Positions 28,182-38,756 are shown, numbered from the whole stretch's first letter. The stretch is DNA of 60,303 bases, filler included, from 3 parts of 3 records of this genome joined end to end with filler, not necessarily neighbours in it, one strand, 5' to 3'. Program-made: numbers and translations. Notes: generated by a model not told the origin, from the letters alone.

Positions 28182-30256
28182 GGTGCGGCGACGCCAACAA
28201 GGGCGGGCTTGGCCTCCAGCCCGATTTCCTCGAAGGACAGGACCGGGTTCAGAATGCCCCGCGACAGCAGCACAGTGCGCAGGAACCGGCGGCGGAGCGC
28301 CGAGGTGACCACCGCCGGATAGGTGCCCTTTTCGCCCGCCGTGGCGATCTTGTCACCCACGGCCTTGGCAAGCGTGTTGAACAGGTCGGGTGTCAGGGCG
28401 ATCTCGGGCAGGCCGCCGTCGGATTTGACCTCGTGACGGGCAAAGATGTCTTCCCATTGCCCGGCCAGTTGCACCAGCGGCAGGGTTCCGTCATCGCGCT
28501 TGAGCTCCGAAACCAGCTGGAAGCCGAGCCGCTGGCGGACATGTTCGCAGATCAGGTCGGGCTGCGGGGTGGCCGGTCGGATCTCGGCAATCGCTTCCAG
28601 GATCAGGGGCAGATTTCGGATCGACACCTGTTCGGCCAAGAGCAATCGCAACACTGCGTGCAGCACATCCATCGGCACCTTGTCGGGCACGAGTTCATTC
28701 AGCAGGCGGCGGTTGGCCTCTGACCGCGTGGGATCAGAGAGCTCCACGAAGGCATCAAGATGGCGTTGCAGCGCCTTGAAGCTGAGAAGCCGCGACATGT
28801 TTTTCTTCAGCGTTTCCAAAAGATGCGTGGCCAGAACCTCGCCCGGGGCGACGACAGTTGCGCCTTGCAGGGTTGCGGTTTCCCGGTCGTGGGGAGAAAT
28901 CCAGCGGGCTGGTGCGCCATAGACCGGCTCGGCCACGTCCTGACCCGTGGGCAGGCCTGTCTCATCGCCCGATTTCAGCAGCAACAGCGCCTCCATCTCC
29001 AGCCGGGCGCGGGCATGTTCAACACCATGAATCCGGATTGAATAGGTGCCTGGCGGCAGGTCGTCGCGGTCGGTCAGACGAATCTCGGGCAGGATGAGGC
29101 CAAAGCCACGGGCGATATGTTCCCGCATCGACAGGATGCGGGCATCCAGCCCGGTGGCGGGGTCCAGCGCCATGGATACGAGGTCGGGGGCGAACTGAAC
29201 GTGGATCTCATCGAGCTCCAGCAGATCACCAATGCGCTCGGTGGCGGGGACGGCCTCGGTTTCGGCCGTATCGGGCAGGGGCTTTGCCTCTGCCCGCAAC
29301 GTACGGGCGCGGAAAAACGCTGCCGTGGCCAACGCAATGGCCCCCAGGACGAAAGGCAGAAACGGCAGGCCAGGGACGATCGCGAAGACCGCCATCAGCC
29401 CGGCCACGGTTACCAAAGCCGTGGGGTGGCGGCCAAGCTGGGTCAGAAGTGCCACATCGGTGGCCCCGGTGGTGCCGCCGCGCGCCAGCAGCAGTGCCGA
29501 GGCGATGGCGATGATCACAGCGGGGATCTGCGAAACGAGCCCGTCGCCCACGGTCAGGATCGAGTAGGTTTCAAAGGCCTGGCTAAGCGGCATCCCGTGG
29601 ATCGCGACCCCGAAGATCAGCCCCATGCACAGATTCAGCAGGGTGATCAGCAGCCCGGCAATGGCATCCCCCTTGACGAATTTCGACGCCCCGTCGAGCG
29701 ACCCGAAAAACGTCGTTTCCGCCTGTTCCTTTTCCCGCCGCGCCTTGGCTTCGGCGTGGTCGATCGCACCCGCCGACATATCGCTGTCGATTGCCAGTTG
29801 GCGACCCGGCATCCCGTCCAGCGCAAAGCGTGCGCCGACCTCTGCCATGCGGGCCGCACCCTTGTTGATCACGATGAAATTGACGATCAGCAGCACGCCG
29901 AACACCACCAGCCCCATCACCACGTTGCCACCCATGACGAAGTTGGCGAAACCTTCGATCACCTCGCCCGCCGCGTCCGTACCGGTGTGGCCGTTGCCGA
30001 TGATCAGCTTGGTGGACGAGACATTGAGCGACAGCCGCAACATGAGGGACACAAGCAGCACGGTGGGAAACGCCGAGAAGTCGAGCGGGCGTTCGATGAA
30101 CAGCGTCGTGGTAAAGATCAGGATGGCCAATCCGAAGGACACCGCCAGCCCCATATCCAGCACCCAGGACGGCACCGGCAGGATCATCATCACAATCACC
30201 GACATCAGTGCGAAGGCAAACAGGATCGTTGGCTGAAACAGGTCTCGAATGGTCAT
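28178..30256 (-). CDS. flhA: Flagellar export gate FlhA
   Basis: 'RMAEVGARFALDGMPGRQLAID', 'DGASKFVKGDA', 'TVGDGLVSQIP'. Confidence 0.97.
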   Translation of the reverse strand: MTIRDLFQPTILFAFALMSVIVMMILPVPSWVLDMGLAVSFGLAILIFTTTLFIERPLDFSAFPTVLLVSLMLRLSLNVSSTKLIIGNGHTGTDAAGEVIEGFANFVMGGNVVMGLVVFGVLLIVNFIVINKGAARMAEVGARFALDGMPGRQLAIDSDMSAGAIDHAEAKARREKEQAETTFFGSLDGASKFVKGDAIAGLLITLLNLCMGLIFGVAIHGMPLSQAFETYSILTVGDGLVSQIPAVIIAIASALLLARGGTTGATDVALLTQLGRHPTALVTVAGLMAVFAIVPGLPFLPFVLGAIALATAAFFRARTLRAEAKPLPDTAETEAVPATERIGDLLELDEIHVQFAPDLVSMALDPATGLDARILSMREHIARGFGLILPEIRLTDRDDLPPGTYSIRIHGVEHARARLEMEALLLLKSGDETGLPTGQDVAEPVYGAPARWISPHDRETATLQGATVVAPGEVLATHLLETLKKNMSRLLSFKALQRHLDAFVELSDPTRSEANRRLLNELVPDKVPMDVLHAVLRLLLAEQVSIRNLPLILEAIAEIRPATPQPDLICEHVRQRLGFQLVSELKRDDGTLPLVQLAGQWEDIFARHEVKSDGGLPEIALTPDLFNTLAKAVGDKIATAGEKGTYPAVVTSALRRRFLRTVLLSRGILNPVLSFEEIGLEAKPALVGVAAP

Positions 30257-30345
30257 CAACAGGCCTTTCTGGCCGGGTCAGATACTACCGAAATTGGCGG
30301 AATCGACATGGAGTACTGTTTTAGAACCAGAGAATTACCAAAGGG

Positions 30346-32367
30346 TTAGCGTGTGCTGCCCATCTCGCCGCCTGCCAGCAGCGCCAAGGCCTGTAGTCGC
30401 AGAGCCTGGCTGTCGCGCAACAGGGCTGCCATGGCTTCGGGCGTTTCGGCGGCTTCGACAGGATCGACGGCAACCGGCACCGGGGCGTCAGCGGGTCCAT
30501 CGGATGGATGATCCTGCGCCAGCCGGTCGTAGATCAGGTTCAAAAGCTCCCGGTCTTGGGCGTGGTCGCTGCCACCAGCCAGGATCAGGTCGCGCGCAAT
30601 ATCGGGCAACCCATGGTCCAGCAGGTAACGCGCCACGCGCCGCCGGAAGGCAGGGTTCGGGAAATAGCCGAACTGGCCGAACTCCTGCGACGACAGGAAC
30701 AGCAAGAGCGGACCGCTGCGGTCCCGCTCCATCAGAACGGTAAGGATATCGGCAAAAACGGGTCGGATCGCCTCGGCATCGCGCTGGCCGTTCGGGGCCA
30801 GATGCAACAGAGCCACATCGACATCTCCCGCCAGCGCGTGGCCAAGCGCCGCCGCATGGCGCAGCCCGCCTTCGGAAAGGGCCGGATCGGACTCACGGAT
30901 CAGCGCATCGGCGGCAACCAGATCCTCTGGCCAAGCGGCGCCCTGTGCCTCGATCCGAGAAAAGAGCCTGAGCGTCAGGGCGGAATCGGCACGGGTGCTG
31001 CCGGCATTTGCCGGGTGCAACGCGCTGGCGGAAGGTTGCGGGCTGCCGGGCACATGCGCATCAAGGAACGCCATGTCCTGCGGGGAAAGGCGACCGCCTC
31101 GGACCAGTGTTTCGCGGATCTCCAGCGCGGCGCCGTCGTCATCGACAGCCAGGAAGGCGCGGGCGAGATCAGGGCCGATGAGATCGCGCAGGGGCGTCGG
31201 CATCTCGAAGTACCGGGCCAGGATGCCGCGGCGGGTTTCTTCGCCGGGCCGAGGGGCGTCCGGGTCAGTCAGGAAGAGCCAGAGGGCCAGTTCTTGCGGG
31301 CAAAGCTCGTGGTCTGCGAAACTGCCGAACTGGCCCGCCGCGCCGTGTTCGAGGTAATGCGCCATGGCCATGTGAAACGCAGATGATCGGCGGCGTTCGG
31401 TGAGCCAGAACAAGGCTTCGGCCCCGAAACCGTGAAGCAGGTAAAGCTCTGCCAGGTCGAGAGCGGCCCGGTCATTCAGGGCACCGCGATCATCGTAAAG
31501 GTGCGTCCTGGCCCTGCCGAGCGCGTTGAGAAAGCTGAGCTCGCCCTGCCAGTCGGCAATTGGCCGGGCGGGAGCAGCAAGGCAGTTGACCGGCGCGCTG
31601 GCGAGAAGCCTGTCGGGCCAATTGCCGGTGTTCAGGTCATAGGCAGTGGCGGCCAGAACCGGCGGTGGCTGTTGCGGCGATTGATCCGCGTGCGAAGGGG
31701 TGGTTGCCGGATGTTCCGGCTCTGCGGTGCTGTCTTGTGGCTGGTCGTGAAGTGGGTCGGGCGCGTCTTGGGCGGGTGGAATGGGATCTGCGGCGGAAAG
31801 TGGTTCTGCAGCGGCAGCGTCGAGCAATCCGGCAGCGGCGGCGCGTGCCACTTGTTCGGCCATGATCGCCGCGGCTTCTTCCATGTCGAAGGTCGGAGAA
31901 AGGGCCGGCGGTTCGGGTGCCGCCAACGGCGTCAGCGACGCGGGCGGTTCATGGGTGGTTGCCAGGTCGAAGGCGGGCAGGTCCAAGGCAGGTCCGGGTT
32001 CGGCAGGGGGCTGGTAGGGCGTGTCCGACACGTCGATCACGGCGTAACGCCCCAGATAGCGGGTGATGTCGACCGAACAGTCGCAGCCAAGCTCGATCAC
32101 CAGACCTGCGTCTGATTGCACATCGGCAACCCTGTCGCGGGTGATGAGAGTGAAGACTTCGGACAGGTCGAACCCCGTCGCGGCCGGAGTGAAAGAGATC
32201 GTCAGACGACGACCGTCGCGCATCACCTGCCAGTCGCGATCCGAGCCGATCGCGACGACAAGCCGGGTAAATCCGCCGTGATCGCCAGATTGTACGGGAA
32301 TGTCCTGGGTCTGTGCAGCCGTAGCCCATAGCAGGCAGATCAGGCTGATTGCCGTCCGCTGGATCAT
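30346..32367 (-). CDS. Large periplasmic protein of the flagellar cluster, function unknown
   Basis: Signal peptide; 'SGDHGGFTRLV' N-terminal domain, Pro-rich linker, helical C-terminus; ATGA overlap with motA. Confidence 0.7.
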   Translation of the reverse strand: MIQRTAISLICLLWATAAQTQDIPVQSGDHGGFTRLVVAIGSDRDWQVMRDGRRLTISFTPAATGFDLSEVFTLITRDRVADVQSDAGLVIELGCDCSVDITRYLGRYAVIDVSDTPYQPPAEPGPALDLPAFDLATTHEPPASLTPLAAPEPPALSPTFDMEEAAAIMAEQVARAAAAGLLDAAAAEPLSAADPIPPAQDAPDPLHDQPQDSTAEPEHPATTPSHADQSPQQPPPVLAATAYDLNTGNWPDRLLASAPVNCLAAPARPIADWQGELSFLNALGRARTHLYDDRGALNDRAALDLAELYLLHGFGAEALFWLTERRRSSAFHMAMAHYLEHGAAGQFGSFADHELCPQELALWLFLTDPDAPRPGEETRRGILARYFEMPTPLRDLIGPDLARAFLAVDDDGAALEIRETLVRGGRLSPQDMAFLDAHVPGSPQPSASALHPANAGSTRADSALTLRLFSRIEAQGAAWPEDLVAADALIRESDPALSEGGLRHAAALGHALAGDVDVALLHLAPNGQRDAEAIRPVFADILTVLMERDRSGPLLLFLSSQEFGQFGYFPNPAFRRRVARYLLDHGLPDIARDLILAGGSDHAQDRELLNLIYDRLAQDHPSDGPADAPVPVAVDPVEAAETPEAMAALLRDSQALRLQALALLAGGEMGSTR

Positions 32368-33233
32368 GCCGCAGACTGCCTCAGGCCCTTCAGGGCCTCT
32401 TCCAGATCGTTGAACGAGGGCCGAATATGGGACGGCGTGTTCTGGCGGCCAACCTCTATACAGATATTGGTGGCGTGGTTGTGCAGATTTGCGACCAGAA
32501 CTTCCCGGATCAAACCGTAGAAATGCATGTCTTCCTCGACAACCGCCTTCACCTTGGCGGCGAAAGGGCCGACCAGGCCATAGGCCAGGAACACGCCCAG
32601 AAACGTGCCGACCAGGGCGCCCCCGATCAGTTTGCCGAGAATTTCGGGCGGCTGGTCGATGGACCCCATGGTCTTGATCACCCCCAGAACAGCGGCCACG
32701 ATGCCAAGCGCGGGCAGCCCGTCGGCAATGGTTTGCAGGGCGTGGCTGGAATGCATGGCGTGATGCAGGTTGGCCTCCATCCGCTTTTCCAGCACGTCCT
32801 CCACCTGATGGGGGTCGTCATAGTTCAGCGAGGCGGACCGCAGCGTATCGCAGATCAGGTCCACCGCTTCACGGTCCTTCAGAATCTTCGGATAATTGCC
32901 GAAAATGGACGATTCCGCAGGGTTCTCCGTATGCTCCTCCAGGGCGACGGCATTCTCGCGGCCAAGTCGGATCAGCTCATAGAGCAGGCACAGCAGATCC
33001 TGATAATCCGCGTGCTTCCACTTCGGGCCCTTGAACACCTTACCCACATCCTTGAGCGTATGTTTCACGCCCGCAAAATCATTCGAAATGATGAAGGCCC
33101 CGACCGCGGCACCGCCGATCATCGTCATCTCGTAGGGCAGTGAATACAGGATAATGTCGAGATGCCCGCCAGAGGCGAGATAGCCGCCGAAGACCATGAC
33201 GAAGATGATGACGATGCCGAGGATACCAACCAT
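32364..33233 (-). CDS. motA: Flagellar stator MotA
   Basis: 'ADGLPALGIVAAVLGVIKTM', 'GGALVGTFLG', 'EVGR'. Confidence 0.97.
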   Translation of the reverse strand: MVGILGIVIIFVMVFGGYLASGGHLDIILYSLPYEMTMIGGAAVGAFIISNDFAGVKHTLKDVGKVFKGPKWKHADYQDLLCLLYELIRLGRENAVALEEHTENPAESSIFGNYPKILKDREAVDLICDTLRSASLNYDDPHQVEDVLEKRMEANLHHAMHSSHALQTIADGLPALGIVAAVLGVIKTMGSIDQPPEILGKLIGGALVGTFLGVFLAYGLVGPFAAKVKAVVEEDMHFYGLIREVLVANLHNHATNICIEVGRQNTPSHIRPSFNDLEEALKGLRQSAA

Positions 33234-33250
33234 GTCTGACCTCTGTGACT

Positions 33251-33886
33251 TCAGTTGCTGTCTGGTGCCGCACGGACGGAAACCGGGGCGGAGGCGTTTC
33301 GCGTGGCGATGAGAACCGAGATCGAATAGGCGACTGCCGGTTCCAGTTCGGCCATGACGCCGGCCGCGGCATCGGCCTGCATCCGACCCAGAAAACCGGC
33401 GGCAAAACCCGGATCCATCTGCGAAAACAGGGCTGCCGCATCTGCCGCATCCATCGTTTCGTAGACCTGGGTCAGGCGGGCCAGATCCGATTCTGCCGCT
33501 GTGTCGGACAACGCCAGAAGGGATTCCAACCGCTCCTCCGTCGCTTCCAGGGCAGTCAGTTGCGCGGCAACCGAGGCCTCGATCTCGGCAAGTGCCCTCG
33601 CGCGGTTCGCAAGGGCTTCTTCACGGGCATCCAGCTGTTCAGCCCGTCCTTCCACCCGAGACAGCGCCCGGTCCAGCGCGTCGCTTGCCACGCATTGGCC
33701 TTCTGGGCCGGGGGCAGGGGTATCGGGTTCTGAATGGGGGGCGGTGTCATCCTCTGTCGAGACGGACGCGCTGGCGAAACCGATGGCACCGAGACGGAAG
33801 AGACCGGAAAGCAGAAACAGGGCGATCACGCCAAAAAGGCCGAAGCGCTGCCAGATGCGGCGGGGCTTTCTCTTGGGGCTGGTCAT
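33251..33886 (-). CDS. MotE/FlbB-like flagellar motility protein
   Basis: TM or signal, coiled coil, 'LTQVYETMDAADAAALF..MDPGFAAGFLGRM'. Confidence 0.75.
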   Translation of the reverse strand: MTSPKRKPRRIWQRFGLFGVIALFLLSGLFRLGAIGFASASVSTEDDTAPHSEPDTPAPGPEGQCVASDALDRALSRVEGRAEQLDAREEALANRARALAEIEASVAAQLTALEATEERLESLLALSDTAAESDLARLTQVYETMDAADAAALFSQMDPGFAAGFLGRMQADAAAGVMAELEPAVAYSISVLIATRNASAPVSVRAAPDSN

Positions 33887-33889
33887 GGC

Positions 33890-34375
33890 TTACCCGGCCC
33901 CCGCCAGACGAGAACGGTTCTTCAGGAAGAAGGGCACCGGAGGGTTGTCGTCCTCATCAACCACATCGTCAACATGGCGGCGGCGCGATCCGAAAAGCGG
34001 GGCCCCTTTCTCTGGCTCGCTTGGCTCCGAGGTGTCAGATGCTGGCGCCTCGGCTGGCCTTGGCGATCCCTGATCCAGGTCGTGGCAGGCCGACAGCATC
34101 AGCTCCAGTTCTTCGGTCAGTTGCCGCGCTTCGCGGTTCAACTGATCCAGCCGCCCGGCAGAGCTTTCGGTTCCCGATTTCATATCGGCCAGCGCCTTGT
34201 TCATGTCATCGACCTGCGCGGACAGCACCGCGATGGCCCCGCCAAGCCCGTTGTCGATGCTGGAGAGCCGCGTCAGCCGCCTTGACAGGATCAGGCAGAA
34301 GGCAGCCGCGCCGAGCGAGGCGAGAATCAGCAGCGCGTCAGCCGCATAGGCGAGGATTTGGGGCATTGTCTCCAT
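33890..34375 (-). CDS. Membrane-anchored coiled-coil protein of the flagellar cluster
   Basis: N-terminal TM 'GAAAFCLILSRRL', 'GLGGAIAVLSAQVDDM'. Confidence 0.7.
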   Translation of the reverse strand: METMPQILAYAADALLILASLGAAAFCLILSRRLTRLSSIDNGLGGAIAVLSAQVDDMNKALADMKSGTESSAGRLDQLNREARQLTEELELMLSACHDLDQGSPRPAEAPASDTSEPSEPEKGAPLFGSRRRHVDDVVDEDDNPPVPFFLKNRSRLAGAG

Positions 34376-34939
34376 TCAGTTCACCACGAATTGGGTTACG
34401 AGAAGATCGCGGACCAGCACGTCACCGGTCACGATCTGAACACGGCGCAACAGCTGCGCGCGCAGCCGCACCAGCGTCCGGGGATCGCTAAGTTCCTGCA
34501 TGTCGAGCACCCGAAGATAGCTGTTCATCACATCCATGACCCGGGGCATCAGGTGGGTCACTTCCTCGGCGTCGTCAGGGGCGACTTCCAGTTCGGCCTC
34601 GAACAGAAGATGTCGCTGATTGGTGTCAGATCCGATATTGACCACCAGCTGATCCAGCGCGACGAACGCCACCTGATCAAGCTCGGGGCGTGGGCGTTCA
34701 GAGGGAGTATCCTCCTCCTCCTCTTCATCTCCATGGCCGCCGCCGTGGCCGTCATCCCCGGCTTCGGCATGGGCCGAATCATTGTTGCCGTCAGCAGCAA
34801 GCGGGCCGCTGGTCACGACCCAATAGCCGCCAGCACCCCCGACCCCGGCCAGCACGAGGCCAATCAGAAAAGGTAGCAAAAGGCCCTTTTTCCTAGCCGT
34901 TTCCTCTGGTTCCGCGTTGTCAGTGGCCACGTTCTGCAC
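34376..34939 (-). CDS. fliL: Flagellar basal body-associated FliL
   Basis: TM, acidic linker, 'PRVMDVMNSYLR', 'LLVTQFV'. Confidence 0.85.
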   Translation of the reverse strand: MQNVATDNAEPEETARKKGLLLPFLIGLVLAGVGGAGGYWVVTSGPLAADGNNDSAHAEAGDDGHGGGHGDEEEEEDTPSERPRPELDQVAFVALDQLVVNIGSDTNQRHLLFEAELEVAPDDAEEVTHLMPRVMDVMNSYLRVLDMQELSDPRTLVRLRAQLLRRVQIVTGDVLVRDLLVTQFVVN

Positions 34940-34981
34940 CTCATGCCGTCTTGGGACAGGAAGAACATAAACCGAACAGCA

Positions 34982-34996
34982 CTAACCGAATCTTAA
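34982..34996. promoter_or_regulatory. CtrA-like box between divergent fliL and fliF
   Basis: CTAA-N7-TTAA, one mismatch to TTAA-N7-TTAA. Confidence 0.65.
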
Positions 34997-35054
34997 GCGA
35001 CCTGCGCTTTGATCGCCGCAGACAGGTCAGAACGACCAGAGGGAGAATACGCAA

Positions 35055-36719
35055 GTGCAGCAGCTCATTGATCTGTGGGGGGCGATGGATGCCCGGCGGC
35101 GCGGTCTGCTGATCGGGGGGCTTGCGGGGCTTGTGACCATATTGGTTCTACTGATGCGGATGGCAGGCTCTCCAAGTTATGCGTTGCTTTATTCCGGGCT
35201 CGATCCTGCCGCCGCAGGGGAGGTGATCAGCGCCATCGAGGCGCGCGGAATCGCCTATCAGGTGCGGGGCGATTCCATCCATGTGGAAGAAACCGAACGC
35301 GATGCCCTGCGCATGAGCCTTGCGGGCGAGGGCCTGCCTGCCATGGGGGCTGCGGGTTATGAACTGCTCGATTCACTGTCCGGCTTCGGCACAACATCGC
35401 AGATGTTCGATGCCGCCTACTGGCGCGCGAAGGAAGGCGAACTGGCCCGCACCATCGCTGCCAGCCCCCGGATCCGTGCAGCGCGGGTGCATCTGGCAGC
35501 CCCGACCAGCGACCCGTTCGCACCCACGCGGGATCCCTCTGCCTCGGTCAGTATCCAACCGGTTTCGGGCGGCATATCCTTGGGCCATGCTCAGGCGCTG
35601 CGCTATCTGGTGGCCTCTGCCGTGCCGGGGCTCATGCCCGAAAACGTGACCATCATCGATTCAGATACAGGCCGGGTTCTGGCCAATGACGATGCGCAAT
35701 CCCCGACCGGCGACCGCAACGGTCTGTCGGAAACCCTGCGCCGCAACGTGGAACGTCTGCTGAATGCGCGGGTCGGCCCCGGAAACGCGGTGGTGGAAGT
35801 CAGCGTTGAACTGGAAACCGCCCGCCAGACCGTGTTCGAGCGGATCATCGACCCCGATAGCCGCGTGGTGATCGGCACGGATTCAGAGGAATCGTCCAAT
35901 GCCTCGCGCGATTCAGGGGACGGTGCCGTGACTGTGGCCTCCAACCTGCCCGAGGGTGATGCGGCTGCGGGCGGCGGCGGGTCGTCGGCCCAGACCAGCG
36001 AAACCCGCGAGAGGGTGACCTACGACATTTCCGAAACGCAGCGGGAAACGGAAAGCGGCCCGGGCACCGTAAGGCGGATCACGGTGGCCGTGCTGGTGAA
36101 CGCGGTTCCGGTTGTCGGACCCGATGGCGTCTTGCAGCAGCAGCCGCGCGGTGCCGAAGAACTGCAATCCCTGCGCGACCTTGTGCAGTCAGCCGTTGGC
36201 TATGACGAGGCGCGCGGTGATGTGGTGACCCTGCAATCCATGGTGTTCGAGCCGCAGGGCGAGGCGCTGGATGCCGCCGAGAGCGGTACGTCGCTTCTGT
36301 CGCGCCTTGATCCGATGCGGCTGTTGCAGCTTGTCGCCCTGGTCGGCGTAGCGCTGGCCGTGGCCTTCGGCGTGGTGCGCCCGGCAATGCGTGCCAGCGC
36401 GGACGCGCGAGAGCTTCCGACTTTGCGCGATCTGCCAAGGGTCGGCAGCGATGCTGAAACCCTACCGCCCGAACCCGGCATCCTGCCACCTGCTGATGCC
36501 GCAACACGCGCGCCTGCGCAGATTTCAAACGGCCTTGCGGCGGATCCGCCTGATGCAGTCACCAGTTCGGCGACCGCGTCGCTTCCCTCGCCCGAGGTTC
36601 TGACGGTGGAAGACGCGCCCGACCCGGTCGCTCGCTTGCGTCGCCTGATCGAGGAAAGGGAGGAGGAAACCGTCCAGATCCTGCGGTCCTGGATGGAAGA
36701 GGATGAGGAACTTACATGA
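35055..36719 (+). CDS. fliF: MS-ring protein FliF
   Basis: 'GYELLD', 'RAKEGELARTI', 'ARVHL', 'SAVGYDEARGD'. Confidence 0.95.
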   Translation: MQQLIDLWGAMDARRRGLLIGGLAGLVTILVLLMRMAGSPSYALLYSGLDPAAAGEVISAIEARGIAYQVRGDSIHVEETERDALRMSLAGEGLPAMGAAGYELLDSLSGFGTTSQMFDAAYWRAKEGELARTIAASPRIRAARVHLAAPTSDPFAPTRDPSASVSIQPVSGGISLGHAQALRYLVASAVPGLMPENVTIIDSDTGRVLANDDAQSPTGDRNGLSETLRRNVERLLNARVGPGNAVVEVSVELETARQTVFERIIDPDSRVVIGTDSEESSNASRDSGDGAVTVASNLPEGDAAAGGGGSSAQTSETRERVTYDISETQRETESGPGTVRRITVAVLVNAVPVVGPDGVLQQQPRGAEELQSLRDLVQSAVGYDEARGDVVTLQSMVFEPQGEALDAAESGTSLLSRLDPMRLLQLVALVGVALAVAFGVVRPAMRASADARELPTLRDLPRVGSDAETLPPEPGILPPADAATRAPAQISNGLAADPPDAVTSSATASLPSPEVLTVEDAPDPVARLRRLIEEREEETVQILRSWMEEDEELT

Positions 36720-37318
36720 CCTATAACGCACTGAAGCTGGAGGATTTCGCCACGCCGTCCCCGTCCAATGCAGCCACAGTGGCAGCTGCCGATGCCGAAG
36801 CGATCCGGCTCGAAGCCTATGAGGCCGGGTACAAATCCGGCTGGGACGATGCGAATTCCGAAACCGCGGCCTCCGATCATCGCATTGCCGCCGATCTGGA
36901 ACGCAACCTGACCGATCTGAGGTTCACATATGAAGAAGCCCGCGCCGAGGTCTTGCACGGGATGTCCGGGCTCGTCTCCTCGATCCTGACCAGCTTTCTG
37001 CCCCGACTGGCGGCCGAAGCCGTTCTGCCGCGTGTCGCGGAGGAACTACAGGCACAGATTGCTTCGGCAAGCCCCGAGACGTGCCGGATTCAGGCAGCAC
37101 CCGACACCTGCAAGCAGATCGAATGGCTGGTCGATACCTATATGGAGATGGATCTGCAAACTACCCCTGAACCGGCCTTTCCCGACGGCCGGGTGACACT
37201 CCATTTTTCGTCCGAAACCAAAGAGATAGACCTGTCCGGCCTCCTTGGTTCCGTGACCGAGGCCATTCATGATTTCATCCGGTCCGCCCAACCCGAACAG
37301 GAGCTTCGCCATGGCTGA
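36716..37318 (+). CDS. fliH: FliH-like export apparatus protein
   Basis: 'AYEAGYKSGWDDA' GxxxG repeat; lies between fliF and fliN. Confidence 0.7.
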   Translation: MTYNALKLEDFATPSPSNAATVAAADAEAIRLEAYEAGYKSGWDDANSETAASDHRIAADLERNLTDLRFTYEEARAEVLHGMSGLVSSILTSFLPRLAAEAVLPRVAEELQAQIASASPETCRIQAAPDTCKQIEWLVDTYMEMDLQTTPEPAFPDGRVTLHFSSETKEIDLSGLLGSVTEAIHDFIRSAQPEQELRHG

Positions 37319-37583
37319 TGCCGCCCCCCTGACCTCTGGCATATCTGGTAAACTTCGCGGCGTTCCCGTGGAAATCCGGGTTTCTGTCGGTCGTGCCCGC
37401 CCTTCGATTTCTGAACTTCTGGCGCTCGGGCAGGAAGATGTTCTGCCACTCGACCGCCGGATCGACGACCCGGTCGAGCTGTTCATCGGCGACCGTTTGG
37501 TTGCCTGCGGGGAACTGGTCGAGGCGGAGGATGGAGGGCTTGGGGTGCGCATCACCGATCTGGCCGATGGCAGCAATGGCTGA
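37311..37583 (+). CDS. fliN: Motor switch protein FliN (SpoA domain)
   Basis: 'VPVEIRVSVG', 'ELLAL...VLPLDR', 'GELV...GVRIT'. Confidence 0.85.
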   Translation: MADAAPLTSGISGKLRGVPVEIRVSVGRARPSISELLALGQEDVLPLDRRIDDPVELFIGDRLVACGELVEAEDGGLGVRITDLADGSNG

Positions 37584-38304
37584 TTTCCTGGCCCGCGTTC
37601 TTCTGCTGGCAGGGATTGTGTCGGTGGCATGGGCAGTCCCGGCGGCGGCTCAGGACATCACCTTCGATCTGGGCGACGCGGACACCCTGACTGCCCGCAC
37701 CTTGCAGATCATCGCGCTTGTCACGGTGCTGAGCCTCGCACCCGGTCTTGCAGTCATGATCACCTGCTTCCCGTTCGTGGTGACGGTGTTGTCGATCCTG
37801 CGCCAGGCCATTGGCCTTCAGCAATCGCCGCCCAACATGCTTATCGTCAGCCTCGCGCTGTTTCTGACCTATTTCGTGATGGCTCCGACTTTTGAGGCCG
37901 CCTATGAGGCCGGAATCGGCCCGGTAATGGACGGCCAGCTTGACCTGATAGACGGCCTGGCCCGCGCCTACGAACCCTTCCGCAGCTTCATGACACTGCG
38001 TGTCGATCCCGAGACCCTGCAAAGCCTGTCTTCCCTGCGTGAGATCCCGCAAGGCGAAGATCCTGGTGCATCCGTCTTGATCCCCTCCTTCATGCTGAGC
38101 GAGGTGGAACGTGCCTTTCAGATCGGGTTTCTGGTCTTTCTGCCGTTTCTGATCATCGATCTTGTGGTTGCCGCGATCCTCATGTCGATGGGGATGATGA
38201 TGGTGCCTCCCGCAATCGTTTCGCTGCCCTTCAAGCTGGCCTTCTTCGTTGTGGCGGATGGATGGGCGCTGGTCACCGGCGCGTTGGTGCGCAGTTATTT
38301 CTGA
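37576..38304 (+). CDS. fliP: Flagellar export protein FliP
   Basis: 'LRQAIGLQQSPPN', 'AFQIGFLVFLPFLIID', 'SLPFKL'. Confidence 0.97.
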   Translation: MADFLARVLLLAGIVSVAWAVPAAAQDITFDLGDADTLTARTLQIIALVTVLSLAPGLAVMITCFPFVVTVLSILRQAIGLQQSPPNMLIVSLALFLTYFVMAPTFEAAYEAGIGPVMDGQLDLIDGLARAYEPFRSFMTLRVDPETLQSLSSLREIPQGEDPGASVLIPSFMLSEVERAFQIGFLVFLPFLIIDLVVAAILMSMGMMMVPPAIVSLPFKLAFFVVADGWALVTGALVRSYF

Positions 38305-38315
38305 AGGAGCTTCCC

Positions 38316-38744
38316 ATGCCAAACCCCGCACAATCCGATCCGAGCCCCCGTCCCGATGACAGCTACGCCCGCAAGGCACGCGTTCTGCTGGATCTCTTTG
38401 GTCCGTCCGGGGTGGAACGACTGAGGCAGGCGGGACTGCCGGCGGTCGCGGAGGAGGCGGACAATGCAGGACCCACTTCGGAGGCAGATCGGTTGGCGCT
38501 GCTGGAACGGTTTCGCAAGACGGGCCTGTTCGATGCGGAACCACCCCGCCGCTCTGTCCAGGCCAAGCCCGCTGCGCTGAGCACGCGGATTGCCGATCAC
38601 CTGGAGGAAGGGGCGCTTGAAAAAGAACACCCGGCGGTCATCGCCATTGTGCTGCGCTCTCAGCCCAAGGCCTTGCAATTGCAGGCGCTGCACGCGCTGC
38701 CGGGGCCGGTGGCGCGCGCAACGATCCGCTACCTGCGTGCCTGA
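38316..38744 (+). CDS. Small protein with a FliG middle-domain-like segment
   Basis: RBS AAGGAG; 'LEKEHPAVIAIVL...LHALP' resembles FliG-M 'LxxEHPQxIAxxL'. Confidence 0.55.
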   Translation: MPNPAQSDPSPRPDDSYARKARVLLDLFGPSGVERLRQAGLPAVAEEADNAGPTSEADRLALLERFRKTGLFDAEPPRRSVQAKPAALSTRIADHLEEGALEKEHPAVIAIVLRSQPKALQLQALHALPGPVARATIRYLRA

Positions 38745-38756
38745 ACACCTGCGCCT

